Shown here piece after piece: positions 48,398-59,603 of a stretch of 64,000 bases of DNA; position 1 is the stretch's first letter; each line of letters opens with the position of its first letter. The position numbers were made by a program, and so were the translations under genes. The notes under the pieces are model-generated. The model saw only the letters and a program-made list of their open reading frames with translations, was not told the DNA's origin and did not search any database. Origin of the DNA: Patescibacteria group bacterium (GTDB taxonomy: Bacteria; Patescibacteriota; Gracilibacteria; UBA1369; PNNO01); assembly GCA_042568575.1 (NCBI GenBank), contig JBHPIO010000006.1, positions 15,032-79,031 of the forward strand. Direction: 5' to 3'.

Positions 48398-50179
48398 ATG
48401 GCTAAAAAAACTTCAGCATCTCCAGATATAGAAAAGATGAGACACTCATGCGCACATGTGCTTGCGCAAGCGGTTTTGCAAATGTTCCCAGAAGCAAAAC
48501 TTGGATTTGGACCTGCAATTGAAAACGGATTTTATTATGATTTTGAACTTCCAAGAACGCTTATTCCAGAAGATTTACCGCTTATTGAAAAGAAAATGAA
48601 GCATATCGTAAAGCAGAATCAAAAGTTTGAAAAACACGAGAAACCTATTAAGGAATCTATTACTTTTTTAGATAAGATAAATCAGGATTATAAAGTGGAA
48701 GCTGCCAATGATTTGAAAAAAGAAGGTCATGACACTATTCAGTTCTTCGAAAATGTCGATCAAAAGGGCACAGGGACTTTTGTTGATATGTGTGAAGGGC
48801 CGCATTTAGAAACTACGGGAAAACTTAAGGCATACAAACTAACTCATACTGCTGGTGCTTACTGGAAGGGAGACGAAAAACGCCCAATGCTTCAGCGTAT
48901 TTACGGTGTTTGTTTTGCTTCTCAGAAAGAACTCGATGAGCATTTAAAAAAGCTTGAAGAAGCTAAGAAGCGAGATCACAGAAAGCTTGGAACAGAGCTT
49001 GAATTATTTACTTTTGACGAAGAAGTGGGTGCGGGGCTTCCTTTATGGCTACCAAAAGGAGCATACATCCGTCACAGGATTATGGAATTTGCGTTTAATA
49101 CTTATTTAGCAAACGGATACGATCCAGTTTGTTCTCCACACATCGCAAATGCGAAATTATGGAGCCATTCCGGGCATTTGGATTTCTATGGAGACAGCAT
49201 GTACGGCTCTCTTACAATCGACGAAGAAGAGTACAGATTAAAGCCGATGAACTGTCCATTCCACGTAAAGATGTACAACAATTCAACACGAAGCTATCGG
49301 GAACTCCCTTTTAGATGGACTGAAATGGGAACTGTTTATCGTTATGAAAGAAGCGGAACTTTGCACGGACTTACTCGTGTACGCGGATTCACTCAAGATG
49401 ATGCACATATTATCTGCCGACCTGATCAATTAAAAAAAGAGCTTAGAAAAGCGCTGGATCTTACTTTATATATTTTGAAAACTTTCGGATTCGATGATAT
49501 TGAAATGAATGTTAGCGTTCGTGACCCTGAAAATAAGGAGAAATTTATTGGTGACGACACAAGATGGGAACAGGCTGAAGACACTCTTAAAGAAGTATTA
49601 GAGGAATCAGGATTTAAAGATTATGTTTACGATGTAGGTGGAGCTGTATTCTACGGCCCTAAGATCGACGTTAAGGTTGCAGATTCAATTGGACGAATGT
49701 GGCAGCTTTCAACTATTCAATTCGACTTCAACCTGCCAGAACGATTCGGCATGACTTATGTTGGTGAAGATGGAAACGACCATGTTCCATACATGATCCA
49801 CCGTGCGCTTCTTGGCTCTCTTGAAAGGTTTATGGGGGTTCTTATTGAGCATTACGGTGGTGCATTCCCTGCGTGGCTTGCTCCAACTCCAATTGTTTTT
49901 GTACCGGTTGCTAAACCTCACGAAAAATACGCAGAGGATATGATGGAGAAATTTAGGAAAGAAGGAATCCGAGCTGAGCTTTATCCATCAACAGAGAGTT
50001 TAGGAAAGCGTATCCGTGAAGCTGAAATGAAAAAGATTCCTTATATGGCTGTAATCGGTGATAAGGAAGTAAAAGGAAAAAGCCTTGGAATCCGTGATTA
50101 CAAGACTAAAAAGCAGGAGACACATTCGGCAGCTAAGTTCCTAAAACAACTTAAGGAGGAAATTACGCCTCAGCAGTAG
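48398..50179 (+). CDS. thrS: Threonine--tRNA ligase (no N-terminal TGS domain)
   Basis: RHSCAH, DMCEGPH, GAYWKGDE, RDHRKLG, LKPMNCP, YRYERSG..GLTRVRGFTQDDAH, FYGPK, MIHRA. Confidence 0.98.
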   Translation: MAKKTSASPDIEKMRHSCAHVLAQAVLQMFPEAKLGFGPAIENGFYYDFELPRTLIPEDLPLIEKKMKHIVKQNQKFEKHEKPIKESITFLDKINQDYKVEAANDLKKEGHDTIQFFENVDQKGTGTFVDMCEGPHLETTGKLKAYKLTHTAGAYWKGDEKRPMLQRIYGVCFASQKELDEHLKKLEEAKKRDHRKLGTELELFTFDEEVGAGLPLWLPKGAYIRHRIMEFAFNTYLANGYDPVCSPHIANAKLWSHSGHLDFYGDSMYGSLTIDEEEYRLKPMNCPFHVKMYNNSTRSYRELPFRWTEMGTVYRYERSGTLHGLTRVRGFTQDDAHIICRPDQLKKELRKALDLTLYILKTFGFDDIEMNVSVRDPENKEKFIGDDTRWEQAEDTLKEVLEESGFKDYVYDVGGAVFYGPKIDVKVADSIGRMWQLSTIQFDFNLPERFGMTYVGEDGNDHVPYMIHRALLGSLERFMGVLIEHYGGAFPAWLAPTPIVFVPVAKPHEKYAEDMMEKFRKEGIRAELYPSTESLGKRIREAEMKKIPYMAVIGDKEVKGKSLGIRDYKTKKQETHSAAKFLKQLKEEITPQQ

Positions 50180-53100
50180 GTGAAGAAGAACTGTCAGAAC
50201 TTGTGATTTCAAGTAGTAGCTTGTTACGCAACTGTTGTTCCTTAGAAAGCGGATTATCTACTACTTCCTGAGCTTTAAACTCTCTTTTTCTAATGATGTC
50301 TAACATTTTTGTAGCTCCATTCGGATCAGACTCTATCATTTCAGTAAAATGAGTTCCGAACTCTCTAATTGAGTTATTAATCTGTTTTTGTTTTTGCTCA
50401 TATTCACGCTGTAAACGATCACGTTCTTTCGGATCTTCTACAAATGGTGGTGGTGGATTTTTATCAAACAATAATTTAAATCTACCATCGTCTTCCTTTC
50501 CATATGCCTTAATTACCTCTTGAACTGTTTCTTGCATTTCCGTCTGGAAGTGAGATAACGGTCTTGAATCCCATACGCATCCTGATCTAAAATCAGCACC
50601 TTTAAATCGTTGAAATGATTTATTAGACCTTTCGTAACGATCATCTAAAATTGCGTCGTATCTAATAAATGCGTTAAATGCATTAATAATTTTTTCTTGA
50701 TACTGTCCGGACAAATCAAATCCGGTTTCTCCAAGCTGTTTTTCTTGGTCGAACTTGCTTGTAAGGCTGTTTAAACGAATACCAAATCCCAAATATGCGT
50801 TTTTGTAACCCTGGATTGTAAATTTCTTGGAAGATCCCGCTGAATTTGAACATATATCGTCAATAGCAGATTCTTTTAATGCAGGAATAAAAAGAGGAGT
50901 ATCGTCATGATCCATCTTTTCGGCGTTACGAATACCTTTTTCAAGCCTTATCTGAAGAGCATCGGACGTTAACACTTCATCCCATAAGAATTTTCCCGCT
51001 GAAATCGGAGGCCTATATTTATCTGCGGATGCACTTCCCCTCCACGTTTCTGTAAATTTTGCAAAATCAGCTTTAACCCAAGGTCCAGTTACGAATTTAC
51101 CCGGCTCTGTTGGATGTCTTCTTGGCGTTTTATCGGTAAAGTAATCAATTGCCGGGAAGTTATTACAATATTTACTAATAAATCTACCAATTCTTTCCCA
51201 TCCCATAAGTGTCCGACCATTCTTTTCCAAAGTCGCACCCATAAGCAGGTAATACATTTTATCATTCGGAGCGGCTTTACCGACTTCAATAATAAAGCGC
51301 AACATCCCTTCAAATTCAGACGGATCCACATATTCTCCGCTCATGTGTTTTTCGAGTAAGAATGCAAGCTCACTGGCAATACCACCGGTATTTTTCGGAT
51401 CATTTTCAAGCTCTTCTGCTTTATTGTATGACTTCTGGATATTGCTTTCGATAGTGTCGTCGTTTCCTCGTTTCCATCCAACATGAGTTCCTTCTCCCCA
51501 AAGTGAATCTATTGCTTCAGGTAAAAGATCCATACCGGTTCGTTTTGCTACATCACGTCCGGCAAATGTTCCAACACCTTTTGCATACGGTTGTGTTGGA
51601 TCACTTGTATAGTGAAGCGGCCACGGAATCTGATGATATTCATCCGTAAATTTATTTATTGTCAGCCATAATTTTGGATTATCCCACCGAACCATTCCTT
51701 TTTCAGAAAGTGCCGTTAAACATGCTTTTGCTTGATCCCGATTCCCTGTTCCATATAAAGTCTCTTCAATTTGCCATACACCCCATTGATCCATAGCATC
51801 TTTAAACTGACCAACTTCTTCGTTTTCCGCTTGCTGATTAACACGTTCAAATTCGGTACCAAAAAATGGAATTCCCTGACCAATAGTCGAATAACGTTTC
51901 TTACGTCTTCTTTCCCAGTTACGAAGATAATAATCGTATCCTGATTTAAAGAGTTGGCCTAAATCGTCTACAGTTAAAAATTGTGTTTCATTCCAAAATT
52001 TACGCATAAAGTTGTAACTTGGTTGCTGAGCGTGCAAAGCCTCTCTTATTACAAATGGAATCTCCGGTTTTTCTCCATTTTCTCCACCTGGAATATATGG
52101 CTTTCCATCAGCTTTTTCGGTAACAATTTCATCACGAATATTAATATTCTTAATATCTTCGCGCCATTTATTTGGATTTTCTAAATTATCTTTTGCACCC
52201 TTTGCTCGCACTCTAATCTTTTGCTTAGTTTCTTCATCGTTAGCATCAACATTTCCGTATTTCACACATTTGTTTACCTCGTATTCAGGATCATATCTTT
52301 CAAGTTCATATTGATATACCCATCGAAGGAATTCGTTAAATGTGAAAGTTGTTTTCGCATTTCCACCCGCACTTAGGTGTATTTGTCCACCATTTGCAGG
52401 ATCTACTTTTTCGATTTTATAAAGAGGGCTTCCAGGTGCTTCAGAATAAATTATCTCTCCTGGTTGAAGCTTAATTGAACCGTGACATTCCGGGTCGCGA
52501 GACAAGAATTTACCTGTCTTTGAATCTTTTACCTGATAGAAAGCATTTAATTGTTTTGAGTATTCGTCTAATTTTCCTTGTAGGCCTTGCTGTGATATTT
52601 CCGGTATCGCATAAGTCATATTCAACCATTTTGCGAATTCAGCATATGTCATTTGATCTTTAGTATCATCTTGAGCAAGATCGACTGTTTGAAATCTACT
52701 TCTGTAAATTACCGGCTCCGCGAAAGTTACACCCGAAGCATCCATCTGAGTAATTTCTACTTTTTTAGCTGCCGGAGTCGGATTCCCTGCTGCATCGTAA
52801 TTAAATCCTTTGTATTCAAGAGTAAATGGAGGATCTCCAAATTCAAGCTGCATTTCTTTCATGTAAGGCACAGCTTCCGGAAGCTGTTCTTTTCTATCAA
52901 TATCTGGCTTTAGATCATGGAAACTCGCAAAATCTTTAAGCATTTTTGGAGACATTGTCTGCCATTTTGCCGAATTTTCTTTTTGTAATTCTATCCAAAC
53001 ACCTTTTCTTGTAGACTTTTCATCGCCTGGATCTGTTTTATCGTTTACATAAACTTTTCTAATTTTCCATCTTTGGGTTTTTGTTGTAGAAAGCGATTGC

Positions 53101-54026
53101 TCCCCTGTTGTTTCGTCCTGTACGTATCCAACTATATCTGCGTCACCAACAAGAATCTGACCTTCTTTAAGCGGTAAACCGACATACCTTTCTTGTTCTT
53201 TAATCACCCTTTTATCTAACTGCTTTTTCTTGGCTTTTTCACTAAAATCCCACATTGTTTCTTTAACATCATTAATTGTTTTGACCATTTCGTGCTCTTT
53301 GTCAGCGATTTGTTCGGCTAATGCCATGAAGAGTTTCCCGTATTTGTTAGCCGTAGCCATATCTACACGCTTTGTTTCCTTTGTTAATTCGTAAGATGCG
53401 CCACGTAATTTAACAGCAACACTTTGTACCATTGGTTTTTTAGCTGTTGGAACATCTTTTGCATGACTGAATTCGTATATAAGTCTTCTAACTACTGATC
53501 TAACTCCTTTAAATAGTTCGGACTGGTTATCAGTTGTTTCATTTAGACCTTCTTGAATAAACTGCAAAACAAGTGTTTCCATCTGGTTGTTTAGTGGGTC
53601 TAGTTGTTCAATAAGGGTGCTAACGTTTGTTCTAGCCTCTTTAATTTGCTTCTCTGTAATTCCTGGAGGAAGATTATAGCCAAGTTCATCAATAACCCTT
53701 AAAGTACCCTCAACACGATCTGCAGTACCTTCTGAAACTTGTATTAGTTCAGGAGCTGGTACTGATGGTTCTCCTTCTGCTCCAGGTTCTACACCCGTTG
53801 CTACTTCCGGCTTCTTTGACCCTTGAGGTTTCTTTGGTTCCACAGGTTTTTCTTCCTCTACCTCTGTTTCATCGAGAGTGTCATCGTCCTCACCTCCATC
53901 ACCGCCTTCACCTTCTGATCCGTTCGCAAAATAAATCATACGTTTTTCACCAAAAAGCGATGCTTCTTTGTACGAAGAAGTTTGTAGGAGCAATCTAGCT
54001 ATTTGTGAATAAAGTGGATCAAACAT
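50163..54026 (-). CDS. Large hypothetical protein (1287 aa)
   Basis: Long uninterrupted ORF with an acidic low-complexity N-terminus and three short internal repeats. No recognised catalytic motif. Confidence 0.8.
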   Translation of the reverse strand: MFDPLYSQIARLLLQTSSYKEASLFGEKRMIYFANGSEGEGGDGGEDDDTLDETEVEEEKPVEPKKPQGSKKPEVATGVEPGAEGEPSVPAPELIQVSEGTADRVEGTLRVIDELGYNLPPGITEKQIKEARTNVSTLIEQLDPLNNQMETLVLQFIQEGLNETTDNQSELFKGVRSVVRRLIYEFSHAKDVPTAKKPMVQSVAVKLRGASYELTKETKRVDMATANKYGKLFMALAEQIADKEHEMVKTINDVKETMWDFSEKAKKKQLDKRVIKEQERYVGLPLKEGQILVGDADIVGYVQDETTGEQSLSTTKTQRWKIRKVYVNDKTDPGDEKSTRKGVWIELQKENSAKWQTMSPKMLKDFASFHDLKPDIDRKEQLPEAVPYMKEMQLEFGDPPFTLEYKGFNYDAAGNPTPAAKKVEITQMDASGVTFAEPVIYRSRFQTVDLAQDDTKDQMTYAEFAKWLNMTYAIPEISQQGLQGKLDEYSKQLNAFYQVKDSKTGKFLSRDPECHGSIKLQPGEIIYSEAPGSPLYKIEKVDPANGGQIHLSAGGNAKTTFTFNEFLRWVYQYELERYDPEYEVNKCVKYGNVDANDEETKQKIRVRAKGAKDNLENPNKWREDIKNINIRDEIVTEKADGKPYIPGGENGEKPEIPFVIREALHAQQPSYNFMRKFWNETQFLTVDDLGQLFKSGYDYYLRNWERRRKKRYSTIGQGIPFFGTEFERVNQQAENEEVGQFKDAMDQWGVWQIEETLYGTGNRDQAKACLTALSEKGMVRWDNPKLWLTINKFTDEYHQIPWPLHYTSDPTQPYAKGVGTFAGRDVAKRTGMDLLPEAIDSLWGEGTHVGWKRGNDDTIESNIQKSYNKAEELENDPKNTGGIASELAFLLEKHMSGEYVDPSEFEGMLRFIIEVGKAAPNDKMYYLLMGATLEKNGRTLMGWERIGRFISKYCNNFPAIDYFTDKTPRRHPTEPGKFVTGPWVKADFAKFTETWRGSASADKYRPPISAGKFLWDEVLTSDALQIRLEKGIRNAEKMDHDDTPLFIPALKESAIDDICSNSAGSSKKFTIQGYKNAYLGFGIRLNSLTSKFDQEKQLGETGFDLSGQYQEKIINAFNAFIRYDAILDDRYERSNKSFQRFKGADFRSGCVWDSRPLSHFQTEMQETVQEVIKAYGKEDDGRFKLLFDKNPPPPFVEDPKERDRLQREYEQKQKQINNSIREFGTHFTEMIESDPNGATKMLDIIRKREFKAQEVVDNPLSKEQQLRNKLLLEITSSDSSSSPTAEA

Positions 54027-54174
54027 ATTTTTTGTTTTGGTTTTTGTTTTTGTTCTTGTTTAGATGTTTATTTTTTAAAGCGCTGAGGCGACAAATATTT
54101 AAGTTATATAGGTTGTCAAAATTTTGGTATTTTCATAATCATATATAATTTAAGAAATTTGTCAAGGGGTGGTT

Positions 54175-56388
54175 TTACGAAGGTATGTGTTTACTCATAT
54201 CTCCATAATCCTTGCTATGTGTTTTTGATGCTTTCTTTAGCACATCATCCACACATTCTTTTGCTTTTGTGAATGCTTTTCCATCCTTGGTTTTCTTTCC
54301 TTTAAGCTTCCTTGAATATGCTGCTAGAGCTGTTTTAAGCGCCGCTACTGTTCCGGCCTTGGTTTTATCATAATTCTTAACAGCCGTACTAACTGCGTTT
54401 AATTCTGTTCCATTTCCATCAACAGCAATTTTCAATTCTTCGTTTTTGAGACTTCTTCCTCCATTTCGAGCTCCAAGTCCATGCGAGGAAGCCAAAGTTC
54501 TATTAACTGTTGATAAAGGAGCAGCTGTTCCTGCAGTAGCTTTACCACGAGGACCTGTAGTTTTACCTCCCCCGGCAGTACCTGACACACCAATAGAACT
54601 GAACCATCTTCTGATTTGATCTGCATTAAGCTTATCACCCGCCTGTAATTTCTTTACTAATTCATCCCACGAGGCAACACCTAATATTCCTTTAGCTGCA
54701 GGAGTTAAGAATTTATTTTGCTCTGTTGTATTTCTAATATTCTTAAATGCCCCAGCAAGTGCTTGTTGATAATCCTTCCTATGCATAATAGGCATTGCTT
54801 TCGATAAAACAGGTTTGGCCCCCTCATGCGTTCGAATTGAACCAACATCACGTGCGGTTACACTAGTACCCATAAGCATCTTATTTGCATCTCCTTGTCC
54901 TTTCTGCTCAAGTTGATAAAGCGGTCTCTCGGCAAGCGCCATTGTTTCTGCAATAGTTAACTTCTTGCCACCTCCCTTACCAGGAATAAGAGGTACATAT
55001 CTTGCAAGACCAACAACACGTCCTCCAAAGCCTTGAACCTTATTTTTGATAAAGTCTGTAAGTGGACCTGCCATTGATTTACCTGCATAGATAAATACAC
55101 CCATCCATACGACTGCAACCGCAGCAACGGCCATTACAAGTCGTTGTAAGTCACCAATACCTGATGCATCTATTTGTAGTGACTTCGCACTACTACTCAA
55201 TATTTTTACTGCACCAGTGTCACTACTTGCTGGATTAAAGTACTTATAAGCATCTAGCATCATATATCCAAGTGTAAGAGGGATAGCAATCATTATTGGA
55301 GCAAACGTGTTATTCATAAATTTTTCTTTCATGTCCCCGCCACTTCCAATCAAATTAGGTAAAACAAGTTGGATTGCAAATACTGGGGATATGGCAATAA
55401 GCACCCACAAGACGACCAGCCTTGTAAGCAGCACTGCGAGCAGCGCTAAATATGCAGATCCATAAACAACATATAAAATAGTATTGAACAGTAGATTAAA
55501 TGTAAGTTTCTTCATGTCGAACGAGACCTTTGTAACTTTTCCTTTTGAATCCTTCTCCTCAACAAAGACATTGCTCACCTCATCAAGCTGATTAATATTC
55601 ATCATCTGAATTGCCAAAATCATGGCGGCATTTCTGGAATTGAACTTATTGAAATAATTTATTCCGGAGTCCGTATATTCCCAAGAACCACTAACTACAG
55701 AACAAAGTTCTTCAGCTGTTGGATTATTTGGATCTGCTTTCGGAGGTTTATAATCTTTTGCTTCACCAAAAAAGTTCCTACATATAGACAACATTTTTTT
55801 TCTTTGTTCCTCATCCATTTTGTCCACATACTCTCCAGGAGCTCTAGGCCCTTCAATCTCATCTAGTGTGGGAATCAACTTTGTTTTCCCTAAATTCTCC
55901 TCAATCGAATTTGGCATTGCGAAGATAGCCACAGTAAGCACATTGGTAACATCAAGTACTATTTTCATGGCAACATATGAGAAATTAACCGCAATAAGCC
56001 CGATTATAAACTTGGGCAATATCGACTTTAATGAGAATTTTTCGCTTTCTATTCCAAGAACATTTATAAGCGCAAGTCCTACTAAGATCACTACAAAACC
56101 AATATTTACAAAATTCCTTACCTGTACCCATATGCTTAATAATCGTTCTTCCATTCCCGCACTAAACAATAGATCGTTTCCAAGTAAGCCTCCGATCATG
56201 AGTAAAACAGGCCACAGAAGCTTTTGCAGAAGCTGCAGTGTTGTCTGCAGGAATGCTGCAAGGTTCTGAAGGAATGTTTCAATAGCACCTGATATATCAA
56301 TACTCGCTGCATGTGCAGTTGCTGGCACGAGCACTAGCACAAGCGTAAGTATGATTATTAATTTTTTGTTTATTTTTATTTTTCTCAT
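54175..56388 (-). CDS. VirB6/TrbL-like polytopic membrane protein
   Basis: Signal-like N-terminus, then W..VRNFVNIGFVVILV, LPKFIIGLIAVNFS and RLVVLWVLIAISP, a pattern typical of CPR VirB6-like proteins. Basic C-terminal tail. Confidence 0.7.
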   Translation of the reverse strand: MRKIKINKKLIIILTLVLVLVPATAHAASIDISGAIETFLQNLAAFLQTTLQLLQKLLWPVLLMIGGLLGNDLLFSAGMEERLLSIWVQVRNFVNIGFVVILVGLALINVLGIESEKFSLKSILPKFIIGLIAVNFSYVAMKIVLDVTNVLTVAIFAMPNSIEENLGKTKLIPTLDEIEGPRAPGEYVDKMDEEQRKKMLSICRNFFGEAKDYKPPKADPNNPTAEELCSVVSGSWEYTDSGINYFNKFNSRNAAMILAIQMMNINQLDEVSNVFVEEKDSKGKVTKVSFDMKKLTFNLLFNTILYVVYGSAYLALLAVLLTRLVVLWVLIAISPVFAIQLVLPNLIGSGGDMKEKFMNNTFAPIMIAIPLTLGYMMLDAYKYFNPASSDTGAVKILSSSAKSLQIDASGIGDLQRLVMAVAAVAVVWMGVFIYAGKSMAGPLTDFIKNKVQGFGGRVVGLARYVPLIPGKGGGKKLTIAETMALAERPLYQLEQKGQGDANKMLMGTSVTARDVGSIRTHEGAKPVLSKAMPIMHRKDYQQALAGAFKNIRNTTEQNKFLTPAAKGILGVASWDELVKKLQAGDKLNADQIRRWFSSIGVSGTAGGGKTTGPRGKATAGTAAPLSTVNRTLASSHGLGARNGGRSLKNEELKIAVDGNGTELNAVSTAVKNYDKTKAGTVAALKTALAAYSRKLKGKKTKDGKAFTKAKECVDDVLKKASKTHSKDYGDMSKHIPS

Positions 56389-56407
56389 GGGAGTATTTTA
56401 AAATATT

Positions 56408-57898
56408 TTAAGTAAAAAATAGTGTAAAGAATGATCCTCCTACTACTGCTGCCCCTGCACCACCTGTAATCACGGCAACTCGTTTTAAAGGATTCATCTG
56501 TTTCCTTGGTCGCCTTCTCCTCGCAGCCGCTACTTTTGGTTGTTGTGGCTGGGTTGTTCCTCTTCCCTTCTCTTCTGTTTGAGCACCCGCATTTCCTTTT
56601 CGCCCTTCTTGATAAGCTTGTTTTGCTCCCATTACTCCACCTTTTCTCTTAGCAGTCGCTTTTCCTTTTCTTGCAACCCTTCTGCTTCCTGCTGCTGTCA
56701 CACCACCTGCTACTCCAGCTCTAGCTTTCGCTTCCGGGGTAGTTACTGATGGCATCTCTGTCTTAAGTGGCATCTTTGGTGTTGAACCAGCAATTGGAGT
56801 AGACACAGCACCTCGTCGTGGAGTTCTAGGCTCCGCCGAACGTCCTCCCATAGGTAAAGGTGCACCTGTTGGAGGCACTCCTCCAGCACTCTTAGACTCT
56901 CCACCAATTTTTATCTTGTGTACTTGTTCTGGTGAAAGATCCTGCTGAACAAAATAGTCCTTCACGTCTTTATCATTTGCCCAAAAATGCTTTGCCGGCT
57001 GATCAACAAAAGTGAATTTATAATTTCGTCCATCAGGCCCAATTGGCTTTGACGCACTAAATTCAACCAGCATTTTTGTTCTTCCTTTTGTCACATAGAA
57101 CTTAACTACTCCTGTTGAATCGATCGAAACCTTCCCTGTTATGTCCAATTTCGCTTCTTTGAATACTTCACGAACTTTTCTAAAAAGACTTTCCCAAATC
57201 GACTTAATCATTCCAATTAAGTTGCTTCCCTGTTCCTTTCCCGGCTTCGCTTTGCCTTCTTCGTCTTGTGGCGGATTCATTAATACCACCTGTGTCCCTT
57301 CGACACCCTCCTGAGTGAAGAGACCTCCCATTAACGCGCCTCTCCCATCTTCAGACTGTTGCGCTTTCTCTATTTGATCTTTCGATACAATTCCAAAAGG
57401 AGATCCTTTTCCCTTCTTTCTAACAAGGATTAGTTCTTCTTTGCTGTTTTGATCACGTAATTTATTCTTTTCCGTATCAGAAATATCCTGTTTTGCAATT
57501 TCCTCTTCAATAAACTTTTTCTCTAATGTTTTAGTAAAAAGGAAACAGAAAAACGAGTATCTATTTGCTGCTTCTTTGCTTAATCCCTTTTCTCCAGGAA
57601 GCATCATAGCAGCTAAAGTTTCTGCGCTGTCATTACTTACCTGCTTTATGTATCCAACATAAGTGATAAGCATATCCCAAAAGATATCCTTATTTGCCTG
57701 ATCATCCATAACTGTACCTGTCCAATCATAGAAATAATCCTGTTTTAAACCCGTAATCTGCTCCGGCTCTAACATGCCTTTAAAGCTTAAAAGAACCTGA
57801 AGTCTTTCGTCACTCTCTATATTTTTAGCATCAAAGATTTGCTTCATTCGTGGAATGATAAAGTAATTTGCAAATCCTGGTCCTAACTGATGGTTCAT
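56408..57898 (-). CDS. Hypothetical protein with basic low-complexity tail and C-terminal TM anchor
   Basis: Ends RVAVITGGAGAAVVGGSFFTLFFT after a K/R/G/A/P-rich region. Confidence 0.75.
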   Translation of the reverse strand: MNHQLGPGFANYFIIPRMKQIFDAKNIESDERLQVLLSFKGMLEPEQITGLKQDYFYDWTGTVMDDQANKDIFWDMLITYVGYIKQVSNDSAETLAAMMLPGEKGLSKEAANRYSFFCFLFTKTLEKKFIEEEIAKQDISDTEKNKLRDQNSKEELILVRKKGKGSPFGIVSKDQIEKAQQSEDGRGALMGGLFTQEGVEGTQVVLMNPPQDEEGKAKPGKEQGSNLIGMIKSIWESLFRKVREVFKEAKLDITGKVSIDSTGVVKFYVTKGRTKMLVEFSASKPIGPDGRNYKFTFVDQPAKHFWANDKDVKDYFVQQDLSPEQVHKIKIGGESKSAGGVPPTGAPLPMGGRSAEPRTPRRGAVSTPIAGSTPKMPLKTEMPSVTTPEAKARAGVAGGVTAAGSRRVARKGKATAKRKGGVMGAKQAYQEGRKGNAGAQTEEKGRGTTQPQQPKVAAARRRRPRKQMNPLKRVAVITGGAGAAVVGGSFFTLFFT

Positions 57899-57909
57899 AT
57901 GAATACTTG

Positions 57910-59598
57910 TTATGTTCTTGCTCCTGGTCTTACGCTTGGCCTATTAACTTTTAATCCCTGTATCCGACGCATATAAGTGAAAAATGTCATCCTTTTATCC
58001 CCTGGAACCCTCTTGGTATATAAATCATTTGTATCTTGAATAATTAGTTTGCTTGAAGCGTGAACCATTTTTAATAACACTCGCTCCATTGTTGTAGCAC
58101 CATAAACTTTATATGCTTTCTCAAGCAGCTTTTCTCCCTTCCCTTTTCGTGTTCCTCCACGACTTCTGTGAACGTCGCCTTGTATTGCAACTGCCCTTTC
58201 GTACATAGAAGTTACTCGAGGCTTCTTTCCATGCTTTCGTCTAACTTTCTTTACTTGAAGCTCGTTATACATCTTGGATAAAACATTAAAAGCAGTACCA
58301 TTTTTGCTTGTTAACCATTCATCGATTATAGGCAATGAACCTGCAGTTGCTGCCATTTCTTTAAACGCATCATGGCGATCCTTTCCTAATTTCGATTTCC
58401 CGAAGTAATTCTGCTCAGGAATTGATGGAGTTATCATTCTGTCTACATAACTTGGAGTAAGTCCTCTTCGAGTACCTCCTGTTGTGCTTGCATAATTCGC
58501 TGCAACAAATGCTGTACCGGCACATAGCCAAAAATATGGATTTTTCAATCCTGCCAAAGCCCCTGATTTCAAATGTGAAGCATAGTTACTTATCGCTCCT
58601 AGCGAATAAAGAATAGCTGCACCAGTCCCAAGCCATTTACCAAATCCTCCTCTTGCAGCTGCATTTATATGCATACCTGATCTCCTCTTTTTCGCCACCC
58701 ATCTCATTCTCTTCATTATTTTGGTTTGTTGTTCACGCATTTTTTTAGCTTCTGCAGGACCAAATTTACGATTTGGATCGATTTTCTTTGTTAATTCTTG
58801 CACCTGTATAATTGTCAGTTGCGCTGTATCACCTAGGGCCTTCATTAACTTAAAAGCCTCCTCTTTTCCTTTCCTCTTTGCAAGTTCTAAAACAAGCTGT
58901 CCTCTTTGAGTAAATGTCATTAAAGAAAGTACTGCACCTGTTGCCTGCATCTCAATCTGAGCACCCTTAATCTTTCTTTGATATTTGTTTGATACAACAA
59001 TGTCACAAATACTGTTCCAATCTCTTTGCAGTATTCCATTACTTGCTATTCGTGAAGTAATACCTGCCATGTTAAACCTTTTCTTCTTGTGCAAAACTGA
59101 TAATCCACGAAACATTGAATCAAATGCCGCCATTTGTGCAGGTCTAATTGGCCCTCTCCGCGACATTGCCTTTAACGCATTTCGAAGCATTTGTATGAAA
59201 GCAACGTTTTCTTTGTATTGTTGTTCTACTAATGCCTTCATCTTTCCAGGAATTGCAGCAAGTTGTCTTTGACGCTCTGCTTCTGAAGATGCTGGTGGAA
59301 GTTTTTTAAGACTCGCGAGCTTTGCAAGATACGGCTTGTTCTCCTCTTTCATAAACCTTCTTGCATTCACTGCATAATCGTCAGCTGTTATCGCACTACG
59401 ATCTGGTGCCTTAACTCGTGCTTCATAAGTTTTAAAAGAAACATCTTTCTTTAACTTAACAAGTTGTTTATCAATATTGCCTTTTAAGGCTCTTTTTGAA
59501 GCTTCATATTGTCTCTGAACTCTAGCTTCTAAAGCCCGTGTTGCAGCGCTACCGAATGTCGGTACTACCGGGGGTGTTGTATATCTAGGTGTTGCCAT
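57910..59598 (-). CDS. Highly basic helical hypothetical protein with a hydrophobic hairpin
   Basis: K/R-rich, with two Gly/Ala-rich hydrophobic segments (WLGTGAAILYSLGAI; YFWLCAGTAFVAA). Confidence 0.75.
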   Translation of the reverse strand: MATPRYTTPPVVPTFGSAATRALEARVQRQYEASKRALKGNIDKQLVKLKKDVSFKTYEARVKAPDRSAITADDYAVNARRFMKEENKPYLAKLASLKKLPPASSEAERQRQLAAIPGKMKALVEQQYKENVAFIQMLRNALKAMSRRGPIRPAQMAAFDSMFRGLSVLHKKKRFNMAGITSRIASNGILQRDWNSICDIVVSNKYQRKIKGAQIEMQATGAVLSLMTFTQRGQLVLELAKRKGKEEAFKLMKALGDTAQLTIIQVQELTKKIDPNRKFGPAEAKKMREQQTKIMKRMRWVAKKRRSGMHINAAARGGFGKWLGTGAAILYSLGAISNYASHLKSGALAGLKNPYFWLCAGTAFVAANYASTTGGTRRGLTPSYVDRMITPSIPEQNYFGKSKLGKDRHDAFKEMAATAGSLPIIDEWLTSKNGTAFNVLSKMYNELQVKKVRRKHGKKPRVTSMYERAVAIQGDVHRSRGGTRKGKGEKLLEKAYKVYGATTMERVLLKMVHASSKLIIQDTNDLYTKRVPGDKRMTFFTYMRRIQGLKVNRPSVRPGART

Positions 59599-59603
59599 AG
59601 TAT

